NCBI GenBank assembly: GCA_027451365.1
Contig: DAIDJN010000073.1
Location: 1-64,000 of the forward strand
Direction of reading: 5' to 3'
DNA: 64,000 bases
Source of the DNA: Phycisphaerales bacterium
Lineage (GTDB): Bacteria; Planctomycetota; Phycisphaerae; WQYP01
The notes below the pieces were generated by a model. That model made no database searches, had not been told where the DNA came from, and saw only the letters and a program-made list of their open reading frames with translations. Positions 10,446-20,750 of this stretch are shown here, in pieces. A program made the translations under genes and the position numbers. Position 1 is the first letter of the stretch. Each line of letters starts with the position of its first letter.

Positions 10446-11758
10446 GGAAATATCCCCCGCTGCTGATAACTGCGGGATATATGCTCCAGCGCAACACAAA
10501 ATGCGGCCGTGCACATGTCCGTTTCCAGTGAATGCGCTGTCAATCGCACACGACGGGCCGCCAGCGTGATGGTTTTACGGAGTTCCTCATCCACCCGCCG
10601 CTCATCCCAGTGCACGCCAGTCTTGTTTTGCACCCATTCCAGATAACTGACCGTGACGCCCCCCGCGTTGCACAAAATTGCCGGCAACAGCGTGATATTC
10701 CGCCGGCGCAGGATGTCGGCGGCGGCCGCGGTGGTCGGGCCGTTGCCGCCTTCAGCCACAATGCGGCAATCCAACCATTCGGCAACCTGTTCATCCACCA
10801 TGCGTTCAAGGGCGGCGGGAATAAACACATCCACCGGCTGGCGGTAAAATTCTTCGCGCGAAAGCTGCCGAACACCGGGAGCCACAAAACCCGCAACCGA
10901 ACCGTGCCGCGATACATGGTCGCGCAGTTCCGCCACCGGCAGGCCCGCATCCGCCCCCAGCGCGCCGGCATGATCCATGACTGCCCGGATGGTGGCCCCG
11001 GCACCGGCCAGTATAGAGGCGGCATAACCGGCCACATTTCCAAAGCCCAGCAGGCTGACGGTCATCTGATTGGTTCTAATTTTGAATTCGGGCAATAATT
11101 CCCTTAATACATGACAAAGTCCCTGACCGGTCGCTTTTTCGCGACCTTCGCTGCCGCCGCAGGCTATGGATTTGCCGGTCACCACATGGCGCAGAGCCTG
11201 ACCATTCTGCCCATGGGTATTCAAATAGGTATCCATCATCCAGTCCATGACCTGGGCATTCGTACCCACATCCGGCGCTGGAATATCGAGTTCCGGACCA
11301 ATATTGCCGCCCAACGCCGCGGTAAAACGCCGGGTGACGCGCATCAGTTCACCCGAGCTTATACTGCGGGGGTCGATGCGAACACCGCCTTTGGCACCAC
11401 CAAACGGCAAGCGCATCAGGGCGCATTTCATGGTCATCCAAAGAGCCAATGCCTTGACATCGTCCAGCGAAAGTTCCGGATGATAGCGAATGCCCCCTTT
11501 GTAAGGGCCTAAGATATTGTTGTGCTGGATGCGATATCCCTTGAAAATGCGATAGCGGCCGTCGTCCATACGCGCGGGAAAATGCACAATGATTTCATTC
11601 TTGGGCTGGCTGAGGATCGCCTGCACATATTCCGGAACGCCGGAAATGGCACTGGCGGTATTCACATTTTTCACCGCCATTGCAAACAGGGAATTCGGAT
11701 CCTGTGGCGCAAGCGGCTCGGCACCGGGCAATGGCGGGGACGAGGCTTCCTTTGGCAT
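10442..11758 (-). CDS. gdhA: Glu/Leu/Phe/Val dehydrogenase (glutamate dehydrogenase-like)
   Basis: GPYKGGIRYHP, PFGGAKGG, DIPAPDVGT, VTGK, GFGNV, NAGGVTVSYLEWVQN. Confidence 0.9.
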   Translation of the reverse strand: MPKEASSPPLPGAEPLAPQDPNSLFAMAVKNVNTASAISGVPEYVQAILSQPKNEIIVHFPARMDDGRYRIFKGYRIQHNNILGPYKGGIRYHPELSLDDVKALALWMTMKCALMRLPFGGAKGGVRIDPRSISSGELMRVTRRFTAALGGNIGPELDIPAPDVGTNAQVMDWMMDTYLNTHGQNGQALRHVVTGKSIACGGSEGREKATGQGLCHVLRELLPEFKIRTNQMTVSLLGFGNVAGYAASILAGAGATIRAVMDHAGALGADAGLPVAELRDHVSRHGSVAGFVAPGVRQLSREEFYRQPVDVFIPAALERMVDEQVAEWLDCRIVAEGGNGPTTAAAADILRRRNITLLPAILCNAGGVTVSYLEWVQNKTGVHWDERRVDEELRKTITLAARRVRLTAHSLETDMCTAAFCVALEHISRSYQQRGIFP

Positions 11759-12166
11759 TATCAGATTCTCCGCCAGATGTCTCCGCGAATGATTTTCGCA
11801 CCGGACCGTGTAAAACGGCGATGACTCTGGTCCGACGAAAGCGATGATACCAGATTTTTATCGGCGGATAAAACCGCGCATTTTTGCAACCGCCCAATGC
11901 CCCAAGATGCACAGGTAGACCGATTTGGGTATCCACAGTATTCTAAATGGTGGTCCGGCCGGCAGGGAATAGAAAAAGACGGGCTGGGCCATACGGTCTT
12001 GCCGTTAATGTTGCTCCAATATTTTGACCCAGCCGCCGTCGGGGCGTAGCATTTAGGCGAATTTAGTTGTGTGCCCATGGGGATCATGCCGATGGAAAAG
12101 GCATTATCGGCGGCGGCAGCCACCAATAAATTATAGGACCCCAATACTTTCGGGAGCTGTTTCAGG

Positions 12167-13258
12167 ATGCTGAATTATCATTTACCTTCTGATCCCATCC
12201 TGGTAACCGGTGGTGCCGGCTTTATTGGTTCTAATTTCGTTCGCGACTGGATCGCGGCCGTGGGTTCCAAGGTCATTAATCTGGACAAGCTGACCTATGC
12301 CGGCAATCCGGACAACCTGACAGAATTGAAACAGGACCCGCGGCATATATTTGTGCAGGGAGACATAAACGACCGGGCGCTTATGTCCGAACTTTTCACC
12401 GCCCACAAACCATGGGCCGTGGCGCACTTTGCCGCGGAAAGCCACGTTGACAGGTCCATTCTAGGGCCGGAGGAGTTTGTTCGCACCAATGTCAACGGCA
12501 CATTTTGTGTATTGGAAGCAGCCCGCGAATACTGGCGGAATCTGCCGGCCGATTCCCGCAATCATTTCCGATTCCTTCACGTTTCCACTGACGAAGTTTA
12601 TGGATCGCTGTCACCCACCGATCCGGCATTCTGTGAAACCACCCCCTATGCCCCCAACAGCCCTTATTCGGCATCCAAAGCCGGGTCGGACCATCTGGTG
12701 CGGGCCTACCACCACACCTATGGCCTGCCGACGCTTACCACCAATTGCTCTAATAACTATGGCCCCTGTCAATTCCCCGAAAAGCTTATTCCGCTCATTA
12801 TTCACAACGCCCTTCATGGCCGCGCGCTGCCGGTATATGGCGATGGCATGAATGTGCGCGACTGGCTTCATGTAAGCGATCACTGTGCTGCAATCCGCGC
12901 CGTGATGGGCGCCGGCCGGCCCGGCGAAACCTATTGCATCGGCGGGAAAAGTGAAATGAAGAATCTGGATGTGGTGGAAACCATTTGTTCCGTGCTGGAT
13001 GAACTGCGTCCCGATTCGCCCCATCGCCCCCACAAAAAACTGATTAAATTCGTTACCGACCGACCCGGCCACGACCGCCGCTATGCCATTGATTGCCGAA
13101 AACTGGAAAAAGAACTGGGCTGGCAGCCGCGGTTGTCATTCGCGGCGGGCATTGCCCAAACCGTACGCTGGTATCTGGATCATACCGACTGGGTCGATCG
13201 CGTGGTTTCCGGCGAATACCGCCAGTGGGTTAACCGCAATTATGCGGAAAGGAGCTAA
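12167..13258 (+). CDS. rfbB: dTDP-glucose 4,6-dehydratase
   Basis: GGAGFIG, AAESHVDRSI, STDEVYG, YSASK, DRPGHDRRY. Confidence 0.96.
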   Translation: MLNYHLPSDPILVTGGAGFIGSNFVRDWIAAVGSKVINLDKLTYAGNPDNLTELKQDPRHIFVQGDINDRALMSELFTAHKPWAVAHFAAESHVDRSILGPEEFVRTNVNGTFCVLEAAREYWRNLPADSRNHFRFLHVSTDEVYGSLSPTDPAFCETTPYAPNSPYSASKAGSDHLVRAYHHTYGLPTLTTNCSNNYGPCQFPEKLIPLIIHNALHGRALPVYGDGMNVRDWLHVSDHCAAIRAVMGAGRPGETYCIGGKSEMKNLDVVETICSVLDELRPDSPHRPHKKLIKFVTDRPGHDRRYAIDCRKLEKELGWQPRLSFAAGIAQTVRWYLDHTDWVDRVVSGEYRQWVNRNYAERS

Positions 13259-13261
13259 CGC

Positions 13262-14140
13262 GTGCGATGTGGAATTATTCTGGCCGGCGGATCTGGCAGC
13301 CGACTTTCGCCGATTACGCTGGCGGTATCCAAGCAGATGCTGCCGATTTATGACAAGCCGATGATTTATTACCCGCTGACCACGTTGATGCTGGCGGGGA
13401 TTCGGGAAATTCTGATCATATCCACACCGCGTGACCTGCCGCATTTTCGCGAGCTGCTTGGCGACGGATCGCAATTCGGCATCCATCTGGAATATGCTGT
13501 TCAGCCTTCACCGGACGGCCTGGCCCAGGCGTTTATTATTGGCAAGACGTTTGTGGGAAAAAACCCCAGTGCGCTGGTGCTTGGCGACAATATTTTCTTT
13601 GGCCACGACCTGGCCAGGCTGCTGCAGCAGGCCAACGCAAACACCGCCGGGGCCACAGTGTTTGCCTATCCTGTGGTGGACCCGGAACGCTACGGGGTGG
13701 TGGAATTTGACGCCGCCGGGCGCGCCAAATCGATTGAAGAAAAGCCGACCAGGCCAAAATCCCGTTTCGCGGTGACCGGGCTTTATTTTTACGACAACGA
13801 CGTTCTGGAAATTGCGGCTCACCTGAAGCCCAGTCCGCGCGGCGAACTGGAAATAACCGATGTCAACCGGATTTATCTGGAACGTGGGAAGTTGAACGTG
13901 CTGGCGATGAGCCGCGGAATGGCCTGGCTGGACACCGGCACCCATCAGTCGCTGCTGGATGCTTCTATGTTTGTCCATACGATTGAAACCCGGCAGGGCC
14001 TTAAAATTGCCTGCCCGGAGGAAGTGGCCTGGAGGCAGAAATTCATCACCACCGAACAACTGGCCAATGCCGGGGCGGCAATGGCGAAAAATGATTACGG
14101 CCGATACCTTTTGGAACTGGCCCAAGGAAAACTGGGATAA
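13262..14140 (+). CDS. rfbA: Glucose-1-phosphate thymidylyltransferase
   Basis: [38 protein letters not shown] start. Confidence 0.96.
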   Translation: MRCGIILAGGSGSRLSPITLAVSKQMLPIYDKPMIYYPLTTLMLAGIREILIISTPRDLPHFRELLGDGSQFGIHLEYAVQPSPDGLAQAFIIGKTFVGKNPSALVLGDNIFFGHDLARLLQQANANTAGATVFAYPVVDPERYGVVEFDAAGRAKSIEEKPTRPKSRFAVTGLYFYDNDVLEIAAHLKPSPRGELEITDVNRIYLERGKLNVLAMSRGMAWLDTGTHQSLLDASMFVHTIETRQGLKIACPEEVAWRQKFITTEQLANAGAAMAKNDYGRYLLELAQGKLG

Positions 14141-14143
14141 TTC

Positions 14144-14704
14144 ATGAAATCAACCCCCATGGAAATACCGGAAGTTCTGCTGCTTGAACCACGCGTGTTT
14201 CGTGATCCACGCGGCTTTTTTCTGGAATCTTACAATCGCAAGACGTTTGCGGCGGTTGGAATTTCACACGAATTCGTGCAGTGCAACCATTCGTTTTCCA
14301 CCTGCGGTGTATTGCGCGGTTTGCATTATCAGATTCAGCAGCCACAGGGCAAACTGCTGCGTGTGACGCAAGGCGAAATTTTTGATGTCGCGGTAGACAT
14401 TCGCCGCAGTTCGCCTGCGTTTGGCAAATGGGTCGGCGCGGTCCTTTCCAGCCAGAACCTGCACATGTTATGGATTCCCCCCGGCTTCGCCCATGGCTTT
14501 CTGGTGCTTTCCGCCACCGCGGACGTTCAATACCAGGCCACCGATTATTACGCCCCGGCCCACGAACGAACCTTGCTGTGGAACGACCCGGCGGTGAACA
14601 TTCAGTGGCCCGCACTAACAGCCGCCAATGCGCCGGCGCAACCCATTTTGTCAGACAAGGACCGCGTGGGAAAGCGGCTGCATGAAGCGGAAGTGTATCC
14701 GTAA
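14144..14704 (+). CDS. rfbC: dTDP-4-dehydrorhamnose 3,5-epimerase
   Basis: RGFFLE, LRGLHYQ, DVAVDIR, GFAHGF, LSDKD. Confidence 0.95.
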   Translation: MKSTPMEIPEVLLLEPRVFRDPRGFFLESYNRKTFAAVGISHEFVQCNHSFSTCGVLRGLHYQIQQPQGKLLRVTQGEIFDVAVDIRRSSPAFGKWVGAVLSSQNLHMLWIPPGFAHGFLVLSATADVQYQATDYYAPAHERTLLWNDPAVNIQWPALTAANAPAQPILSDKDRVGKRLHEAEVYP

Positions 14705-14810
14705 GCTCAAGCTTTTAGCTGCAGGGGATCGCGCCGCATAACGAATTTTGTTGACCGCCGACTGCAAAACGCTGGGAAGGCCAATTGTCTTCGCGGGTGC
14801 GATTTGAAAC

Positions 14811-15143
14811 ATATTTTGGAAATCTTGGCAATCTTGCCCGCTTTCAGCGTGGTGTTTTTGATTCGTAGCAATCGGCATTTCCTTTACTTACGAGTGATGG
14901 AGTTGTTCGCATATTTTGGATTGCCAGGACGTGAAGGCGGTGGCAATGTGGCAATCTGCGTTCGGCGTGCGGGTGGGCAGAAATTAGGAGTTGGGGGTTT
15001 AGAAGGCTACCACAACGGCCAACGATCATCGACCAACGACCGAGGTTTTGAACCGCAAAGGACGCAAAGAGCGCGAAGGGCGACGACGGATAATTATCAC
15101 GCGGAGGAATGATTAGACCGCGGCTTGCGCGGATGCCGCGCAT
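14811..15143. repeat. Mosaic of short degenerate 7-mer and 9-mer tandem repeats
   Basis: 9-mers ATATTTTGG/AAATCTTGG/CAATCTTGC (14811-37); 7-mers ACAACGG/CCAACGA/TCATCGA/CCAACGA (15012-39); 9-mers ACCGCAAAG/GACGCAAAG/AGCGCGAAG (15052-78); 9-mers ACCGCGGCT/TGCGCGGAT/GCCGCGCAT (15117-43). Confidence 0.55.
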
Positions 15144-15269
15144 ATGACGACGGGGGCGATGGGTTTGATGATCGGTAATCAAACCCGGTCGGCCGGGGCA
15201 TCCGGCGTGTCGGGATTGATTCGGTCGTCGGATAACGCTCCGGGGGTGGCGTGGGGTCATTGCACTGTT

Positions 15270-16184
15270 CTACGGCATCTGGGAAACGCTTGCGGGAGGT
15301 TGGGCTACCCAGCCATCCGCCCACTGGAGATTCCAGAGCTGCTTGACCTCCACATGTGCGACATGGCCGTCCCAGAAGGCCATATTGATACCGTTGCCAT
15401 GGCGAGCCAGACACCACCGCTGCATGTCAGGGGAGAGCGCTCCGGAAAAGTTGCTTTGTCCGGTTACATAACTAAGGGGTGGGGGGTTATCATTCTCTTT
15501 GGGGCCGCCATCCACCCAAGTGGCATCGCCTAATACGGGTACATTGCCGCTTCCGCTTGCATACTCAGGCCAGTACGCGGCCGGCGGATTGGTACTTGGT
15601 GCGACAAAATAATCATGGCTGGCACTTTGGGTGGTACCCCCCGGGCCATACAACCATGCATTAAAGCCATAGCTGCACTGGAGGTACTTGAACTGATACT
15701 GGCCATAACCATTCCACCACCACGATTGACTTACGCCCCCGAAAAATGCAAAGCCGTTGGCATTAATCTGGGCTTCCGACCAGGCTGGAACGGAGGGGCA
15801 CATAACGACGGTCTGAAGTTTCTGAAAATCAATCTGGTTGGGGCTGTATTGATTGGCTTGCTTTTGGGAATCCACAACGTAGGGAACCAACGGGATTATC
15901 CAGGTGTTAAATAAGCCGGTGCTGGTGTTAAACACATAAGGAAAGACCGCCCCGTTATTGGCGCATTGATATTCGCTTAATGCCAGGACCAATTGCCGCT
16001 CATTGCTCATGCAAACGACCGAATTGGCGACGGCCCTGGCTTTGGAGAGTGCCGGCAACAGCAGGGAGATCAGGATGACGATGATGGCAATCACGACCAG
16101 CAACTCGACCAAGGTAAACGCTGATCGAATTGTTTTTGCCGACGACCTGCCTTTTGAAGCCGTGTGAGGTTTGCAGCTATTCAT
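15270..16184 (-). CDS. Prepilin-type N-terminal cleavage/methylation protein with H-X9-DG motif (DUF1559-like)
   Basis: [42 protein letters not shown]-terminal [15 protein letters not shown]. Confidence 0.9.
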   Translation of the reverse strand: MNSCKPHTASKGRSSAKTIRSAFTLVELLVVIAIIVILISLLLPALSKARAVANSVVCMSNERQLVLALSEYQCANNGAVFPYVFNTSTGLFNTWIIPLVPYVVDSQKQANQYSPNQIDFQKLQTVVMCPSVPAWSEAQINANGFAFFGGVSQSWWWNGYGQYQFKYLQCSYGFNAWLYGPGGTTQSASHDYFVAPSTNPPAAYWPEYASGSGNVPVLGDATWVDGGPKENDNPPPLSYVTGQSNFSGALSPDMQRWCLARHGNGINMAFWDGHVAHVEVKQLWNLQWADGWVAQPPASVSQMP

Positions 16185-16321
16185 GGTCGTCTCCTTATGC
16201 TACCGAGGGCCTTTTATGGTTTGGCCGTTTTCATAACCTCGATCCATGCAAGCGTGCGGATTTAAACGCGTATTCGTACGTTTCGGATTCCGCAGAGATG
16301 TTGAACAAATACTTGACCATT

Positions 16322-16350
16322 ATTATGTGTTGTTAATATCAATTTGTCAA
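16322..16350 (-). promoter_or_regulatory. Sigma70-type promoter of the prepilin-like gene
   Basis: Minus strand TTGACA-17 bp-CATAAT. Confidence 0.6.
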
Positions 16351-16440
16351 GTGGCGCGCCGAAGGCGGCGTCAATTGCCCATGGCAACCGCATTTAGAAT
16401 CCTGCTCCTCTAATAATTCGCGCTCGCGAATTTGCGCTTT

Positions 16441-16677
16441 TTAAAACGATGTGGTTAATAGGCGTTGTGCCAGAGTGTATGTAATACTCCCCAAAAACTG
16501 GGCGAGCTGCAATAAATGTCCATCGGTAATCTGTTTAGCGGTCTTGGCCCAAGCGGGTAAGCGCCTGAGGTCCAGCGTGTCCGGGATAAATTGAAGGGAT
16601 AAGGGGGTAACACTTTTCAATCGCACCAGAACATTCCGTGCCTCCGTTACGGTCAATCCATAAGCGGGCGACTGGGC
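16441..16677 (-). pseudogene. C-terminal fragment of a PIN/VapC-type toxin
   Basis: Frame reads AQSPAYGLTVTEARNVLVRLK...LPAWAKTAKQITDGHLLQLA, like the second half of VapC proteins (TDxHL motif); the N-terminal D motif and an antitoxin are missing. Confidence 0.55.
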
Positions 16678-16738
16678 GGTACCAGCCGTTCTCCCACCAT
16701 TGGCGTTCCTTCGCGCTTTTGCGGTTTTATTTTAAATC

Positions 16739-17164
16739 TCATAAGGACATATCGCCCAAGAACGCAATGTGATTTTTCAATGGTGATGCGGCAACGGCGT
16801 GGACCAGCCGTTTGTCCGCGGTAATCATGACTCCCGAAGCCCGCACAGCCAAGGCCAGATAAAGGCAATCGTAAATACTCCGATCAGTTCGCATGGCCAG
16901 TTGCAACGCGGAATCCGTCAAATCAGAGGCGGGAGTCTTCATCAGCGGCAAGCCGTCCGCATCCGCCAGCAAGTCCATCGCTTCGTTGGATTCCATTTCC
17001 CCCCGTCGGTGCCGCTTCCATATAACACTGGCGACTTCAACGGTGATAAAATCCGGAGCACAAAGCGTGGCGGCGCCGGAAAGCATTTTTCGTGCAATCG
17101 TCGCATGTTCTTCCGCAAAAAATGCTGCCGCGACCACACTGGCATCGATAATCAGCGTTTTCAT
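16739..17164 (-). CDS. vapC: VapC/PIN-domain toxin
   Basis: IIDASV, APDFITVEV, SIYDCLYLALA, ITADKRL acidic quartet; start overlaps the antitoxin stop (ATGA). Confidence 0.9.
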   Translation of the reverse strand: MKTLIIDASVVAAAFFAEEHATIARKMLSGAATLCAPDFITVEVASVIWKRHRRGEMESNEAMDLLADADGLPLMKTPASDLTDSALQLAMRTDRSIYDCLYLALAVRASGVMITADKRLVHAVAASPLKNHIAFLGDMSL

Positions 17165-17391
17165 CGCGCACGATCCGCACGGATGAGACCCACGCTGCTG
17201 GAGAATCTGCGGCCCGCAAGCCGGGCATCCCATCGCTCAAACATTCTTGCTACCGCGTCCCCTTCAACTCCGACGGACCGTTCAATAAGCATGCGGGCCT
17301 CTTTCTGCAAAGATCGTCCGCTGCGTTTGGCATTACGCTTGAGGCGCTTAACCACCCCGTCATCCAGCCCGCGAATGAGAATATCCGGCAT
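17161..17391 (-). CDS. FitA-like ribbon-helix-helix antitoxin
   Basis: MPDILIRGLDDGVVKRLKRNAKRSGRSLQKEARMLI, a typical RHH antitoxin; 76 aa, directly upstream of vapC. Confidence 0.85.
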   Translation of the reverse strand: MPDILIRGLDDGVVKRLKRNAKRSGRSLQKEARMLIERSVGVEGDAVARMFERWDARLAGRRFSSSVGLIRADRAR

Positions 17392-17422
17392 ACAACACCC
17401 GACCTTTCGTAAACCAACATCA

Positions 17423-17441
17423 TGATAGCGAAACGATAGCA
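17423..17441. promoter_or_regulatory. Probable autorepression operator of the FitA/VapC module
   Basis: TGATAGCG and CGATAGCA at 11-bp spacing just upstream of the antitoxin; they resemble the TGATAGCA half-site of Neisseria FitAB. Confidence 0.45.
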
Positions 17442-17689
17442 TCATGTCCAGCCTGCCCATTTGTGCCGGCGTTGACGATTTTGTCCCCCGTGCCGCGGGG
17501 GCAGGCAAGATGCCTGCGTTACGCGCGGTCACGGGGAACGCGAAACGGTGACATCCGTCGTTTTCAGGTTTGCACAGGCTTTTTGGCGACCGGGCGGGTT
17601 AAAACCGGGTTTTAAGGACATGCGGAAATCTGCCTGTTGTTGCGGCCACCGGAATGGGGCACTTACCTTCCGCAAATCGATTTGTCGGT

Positions 17690-18163
17690 CTACTTGGATT
17701 CCTTGATTAGCCGTGGATCGAAATTGATTGGCTGTTTCGGGCTGATCATGATTTTTGAGAAATCATGATGCGCGGGGTTTAAAAGGTAATTCCACTCGCT
17801 GGGGACAATTACGCTGGGCAGCCGCAGGACTGCCGAATTTCCGGTGGCGGCCCACGTATCGCCGATTTGCTGGTTTGTTTTTAGCGTCGGCGACCTGCGC
17901 CATATCCTTGGAAGTCTGGCCGGATCAAATGTTGTTGCCAGGGATTCGTCAAAGGTTACTTCAAAAATCACGTAGCGTTTCATTAAATCCGGAGCCTGTA
18001 AATGCACCAGCATTTCCAGGATAGCCAGCGAAGCGCTGCTGGCGGTGTACACGATTGCCGTCCCTGTGCTGTTCCAGCGTCCGCCGCTGGCTTTGGCTCC
18101 GCCGCCGGTAAAAGCGGTGGCCGCATGTTTGGCTTTGGTGATTCGCCAGGCGCGGACGGTCAT
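17690..18163 (-). CDS. RES-domain toxin (NAD+ phosphorylase family)
   Basis: GGRWN, VYTASSASLAILEMLVH, LRLPSVIVP.EWNYLLNP.H.DF. Confidence 0.9.
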   Translation of the reverse strand: MTVRAWRITKAKHAATAFTGGGAKASGGRWNSTGTAIVYTASSASLAILEMLVHLQAPDLMKRYVIFEVTFDESLATTFDPARLPRIWRRSPTLKTNQQIGDTWAATGNSAVLRLPSVIVPSEWNYLLNPAHHDFSKIMISPKQPINFDPRLIKESK

Positions 18164-18621
18164 GTGAAAACCCCGTGCTCCAGTCGGCCAATAAGGTTTT
18201 CAACTTCGCGTGCCCCAACTTCGGTTGAGGCGAAGTCCAGCGGAGTTTCTTCGCCCAGGCCGGCCTGCGGGGTTTGCAGCCAGACCCGCGCGGCGGCAAT
18301 GTCACCCTCAAACAATTCGGCCGCTAATTCAAAAATAGTGGAGGCCCGCCACACGCGGTCGGATTCCTCGGGTTGCAGTTTGCCCTCGTGCTGGCGACGC
18401 GTGAGTGTGCGAAGCGGGATAGCGGTGAAACGGGATATATCGGCCCATGGTAGTTTCGTTGCCTGCTGAAACCTGGTCAGGTTTTTGAATGGAAACCCGG
18501 CACGGACCAACCGCACGATCTTCACTGCATCATTGGCATTAATTCCCAGATTGCGTCTGATAAAGGTGCGATTAAGGCCTTTGCTCCTTCGTTTGGTCAC
18601 ATGCGTTTGAGTGGTCGGCAT
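18160..18621 (-). CDS. Xre/MbcA/ParS-type antitoxin (DUF2384)
   Basis: RTLTRR..EGKL.PEESDR, ARVWL..P..LG...PLD...TEVGAREV..LIGRLEHGVF; overlaps the RES start. Confidence 0.9.
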   Translation of the reverse strand: MPTTQTHVTKRRSKGLNRTFIRRNLGINANDAVKIVRLVRAGFPFKNLTRFQQATKLPWADISRFTAIPLRTLTRRQHEGKLQPEESDRVWRASTIFELAAELFEGDIAAARVWLQTPQAGLGEETPLDFASTEVGAREVENLIGRLEHGVFT

Positions 18622-18636
18622 GGCAGCTCCTTATCT

Positions 18637-18679
18637 GGCCAATTGGCGCTATTATACACGCCAGATGGCCGATAGACAA
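18637..18679 (-). promoter_or_regulatory. Sigma70 promoter with overlapping inverted-repeat operator for xre-res
   Basis: TTGTCT-17 bp-TATAAT on the minus strand; inverted repeat GGCCAATTGGCG (18637-48) / CGCCAGATGGCC (18659-70) flanks the -10. Confidence 0.7.
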
Positions 18680-18790
18680 GGCTTAAGTGCGGAGTCGGGG
18701 CGGGCGGTTATTGGGCATATCAGTGGCATTGATTCGCCGGGGGTGCCAGCGGAATGAAAACGGATGGATGTGTGGCTATGGGGGTGGTCG

Positions 18791-18960
18791 TGTTGGTGTC
18801 TCCCGTTCAGGCGTTTGCGACTCGCCAGACCGCCCGCCAGAGACGTTCGATAAAAATATTGTCATACGCACGGCCGCGACCGTCCATACTGATCTTGATC
18901 TGTGCTTGTTCCAAAGCGCCCACAAACGCCTCCGACCCAAATTGACATCCTTGATTGAGT
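18791..18960. mobile_element. Possible insertion-sequence remnant
   Basis: The + frame reads PPETFDKNIVIRTAATVHTDLD...KLTSLI, resembling from memory a reading frame often seen inside IS elements; the segment begins with TGTTGGTGTCTCCC. No transposase is present. Confidence 0.3.
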
Positions 18961-19087
18961 TAAATTACGCACTGAAGCCCATATTGCCGCATTCGCATGG
19001 CGATTGACAACGGTGTATCATAAACAGGGTCAACGGATTGCGGCATGTTTAACACTTGCCAATTGGTCCTTATGATGGGACTGTTCC

Positions 19088-20689
19088 ATGCCCAAAAATC
19101 GAAAAGCACTCTATCGTATCGCCGGTATTCTTGTGGTCATTATTCCGCTTCTGGTGGTGGATCAGATCTGGATTCGGGTGTGGCGGATTGTTCCAGTGGC
19201 TTACGACACCACGCGTTTGACCAAGCCCCTGGAAAAAGATGGCCAGGTCGATTACCTGGCCGCCTTAAACCGGCAATCGTCAATTGGTGTTACACAGGCC
19301 AACAATGCCCTGCCGCTGTTAATAAAAGCCGTCGGCCCGAAATGTTTTCCTCCGGACATTCCTGCAAATCGGATTATCATGTCGCGGCTGAGAATGCGAC
19401 CATTCGGGCCTCATACGCCAAGCCTCATCACGTTTTCGAATTGGATAAGTCAGCAGCCGGGCGGTAAAACGACATCCGATTCGCAGATCTGGGCGCTCGA
19501 GACCAGACTTCAAACGCATCCCTGGAGGGGTTACGCAAATCCGTATGCGAAGGGCTGGATAAAGGCAAACGGTCGCGCGCTGGCGCTCATTTTCCGCGCC
19601 GTAAAAAGACCCCGCTACTATATACCGCTTGTAAGTCAGGATGGCGGCCTTAGCGACTACGCCGGTCCGGATGAAATGACAATGGATTCGCTGCGTAATC
19701 TAACTGCCGCCAACGCCATGTTGCAGCTTGGAAGGGGAAATATCCAGGCGGCATTGCGCCAGGCCCGGGCGGTTTTCAGCCTGGGTGAATTGCTGGTTCA
19801 GTCTCCGGGCATGATCCGTTACCTGACCGCATTATCAATCGAAAATTCCGCCATGGTCCTGGACCAGGCCATTGGCAATTCCAGTCAGATATCAATACCG
19901 CAATTGCGTGGGTTAGCCCGGTATCTGAGGCACCTGCCGCCGGTGCCACCTTTAAGTGGTCCCCTGAACAACGCACGTTATGAGGTTCTGAATGAACTCG
20001 AGCAGGCAAACCGATTGGGTCCGGCCACTTTTATTGATGGGCAACATCCGACCGCGTTAAGAACCTTGCAGGCCATGTTTCTACCTATCAATTACGCGAG
20101 CCTCATGCACCATACCAATCAGCTTTTCGATGCGGAAATTGCATCCGCCCGCGTACACCCCTTCCCCGCTCAAATAGCCCGACTGGCCAGTGCGGACGCC
20201 CGGTTTTCCGCCTATTCAGGCAATGAAAAGGAGAGCCTGACGGGAACAATTTCCGACCCTCGCGTTCGCTTTACAGGCGGTTCTCCCGGGTCACGCTGGT
20301 CGAACAATCTGTTCAGACCGCTGGCGGTCGTCATATCCACCCAAGGCCCGCGAGCAGCGGACATGGCAATCCTTCGGGAAACCGCGATATCCATGCGCCA
20401 AATCACGGAGGTTTCAGTGGCGCTGGCGCTTTACCGGAAACAGCACGGTCAATTTCCGGTGGGACTGTCGGCTCTTGTGCCGGCTTATATTCATGCAATT
20501 CCTGAAGACTTGTTTACCGGTCAACCGCTGATTTACAGGACAAGTGCCCACCACCGCGGGTTTCTGCTGTACAGTTTGCGTCCGGATATGATGCATGGAC
20601 ATATTCATTTTCATAATACACATGCTTATCAGATAAAGGTTCTTGGCGGAAGCTGGCCTGTGTCTGGAATCGGCACGCATAAACGCTAA
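19088..20689 (+). CDS. Membrane-anchored hypothetical protein (planctomycete-type, T2SS-G-like C-terminal motif)
   Basis: 533 aa; N-terminal TM helix; TRLT.PL..DGQVDY; C-terminal ALALYRKQHGQFP..L..LVP.YI..IPEDLFTGQPLIYR...GFLLYS. Confidence 0.7.
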   Translation: MPKNRKALYRIAGILVVIIPLLVVDQIWIRVWRIVPVAYDTTRLTKPLEKDGQVDYLAALNRQSSIGVTQANNALPLLIKAVGPKCFPPDIPANRIIMSRLRMRPFGPHTPSLITFSNWISQQPGGKTTSDSQIWALETRLQTHPWRGYANPYAKGWIKANGRALALIFRAVKRPRYYIPLVSQDGGLSDYAGPDEMTMDSLRNLTAANAMLQLGRGNIQAALRQARAVFSLGELLVQSPGMIRYLTALSIENSAMVLDQAIGNSSQISIPQLRGLARYLRHLPPVPPLSGPLNNARYEVLNELEQANRLGPATFIDGQHPTALRTLQAMFLPINYASLMHHTNQLFDAEIASARVHPFPAQIARLASADARFSAYSGNEKESLTGTISDPRVRFTGGSPGSRWSNNLFRPLAVVISTQGPRAADMAILRETAISMRQITEVSVALALYRKQHGQFPVGLSALVPAYIHAIPEDLFTGQPLIYRTSAHHRGFLLYSLRPDMMHGHIHFHNTHAYQIKVLGGSWPVSGIGTHKR

Positions 20690-20750
20690 GCTGCTCCAGA
20701 CCGCCCGCATGCACCGCAGTTTCGTTTCGCATTATTTCACCGGAACCACG

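Noticed and set aside
12086..12112. ATGCCGATGGAA, identical to the Y-RNA 5' motif, upstream of rfbB
   Set aside because: It forms only a local hairpin and lacks the outer stem and the 3' TTG; likely coincidence
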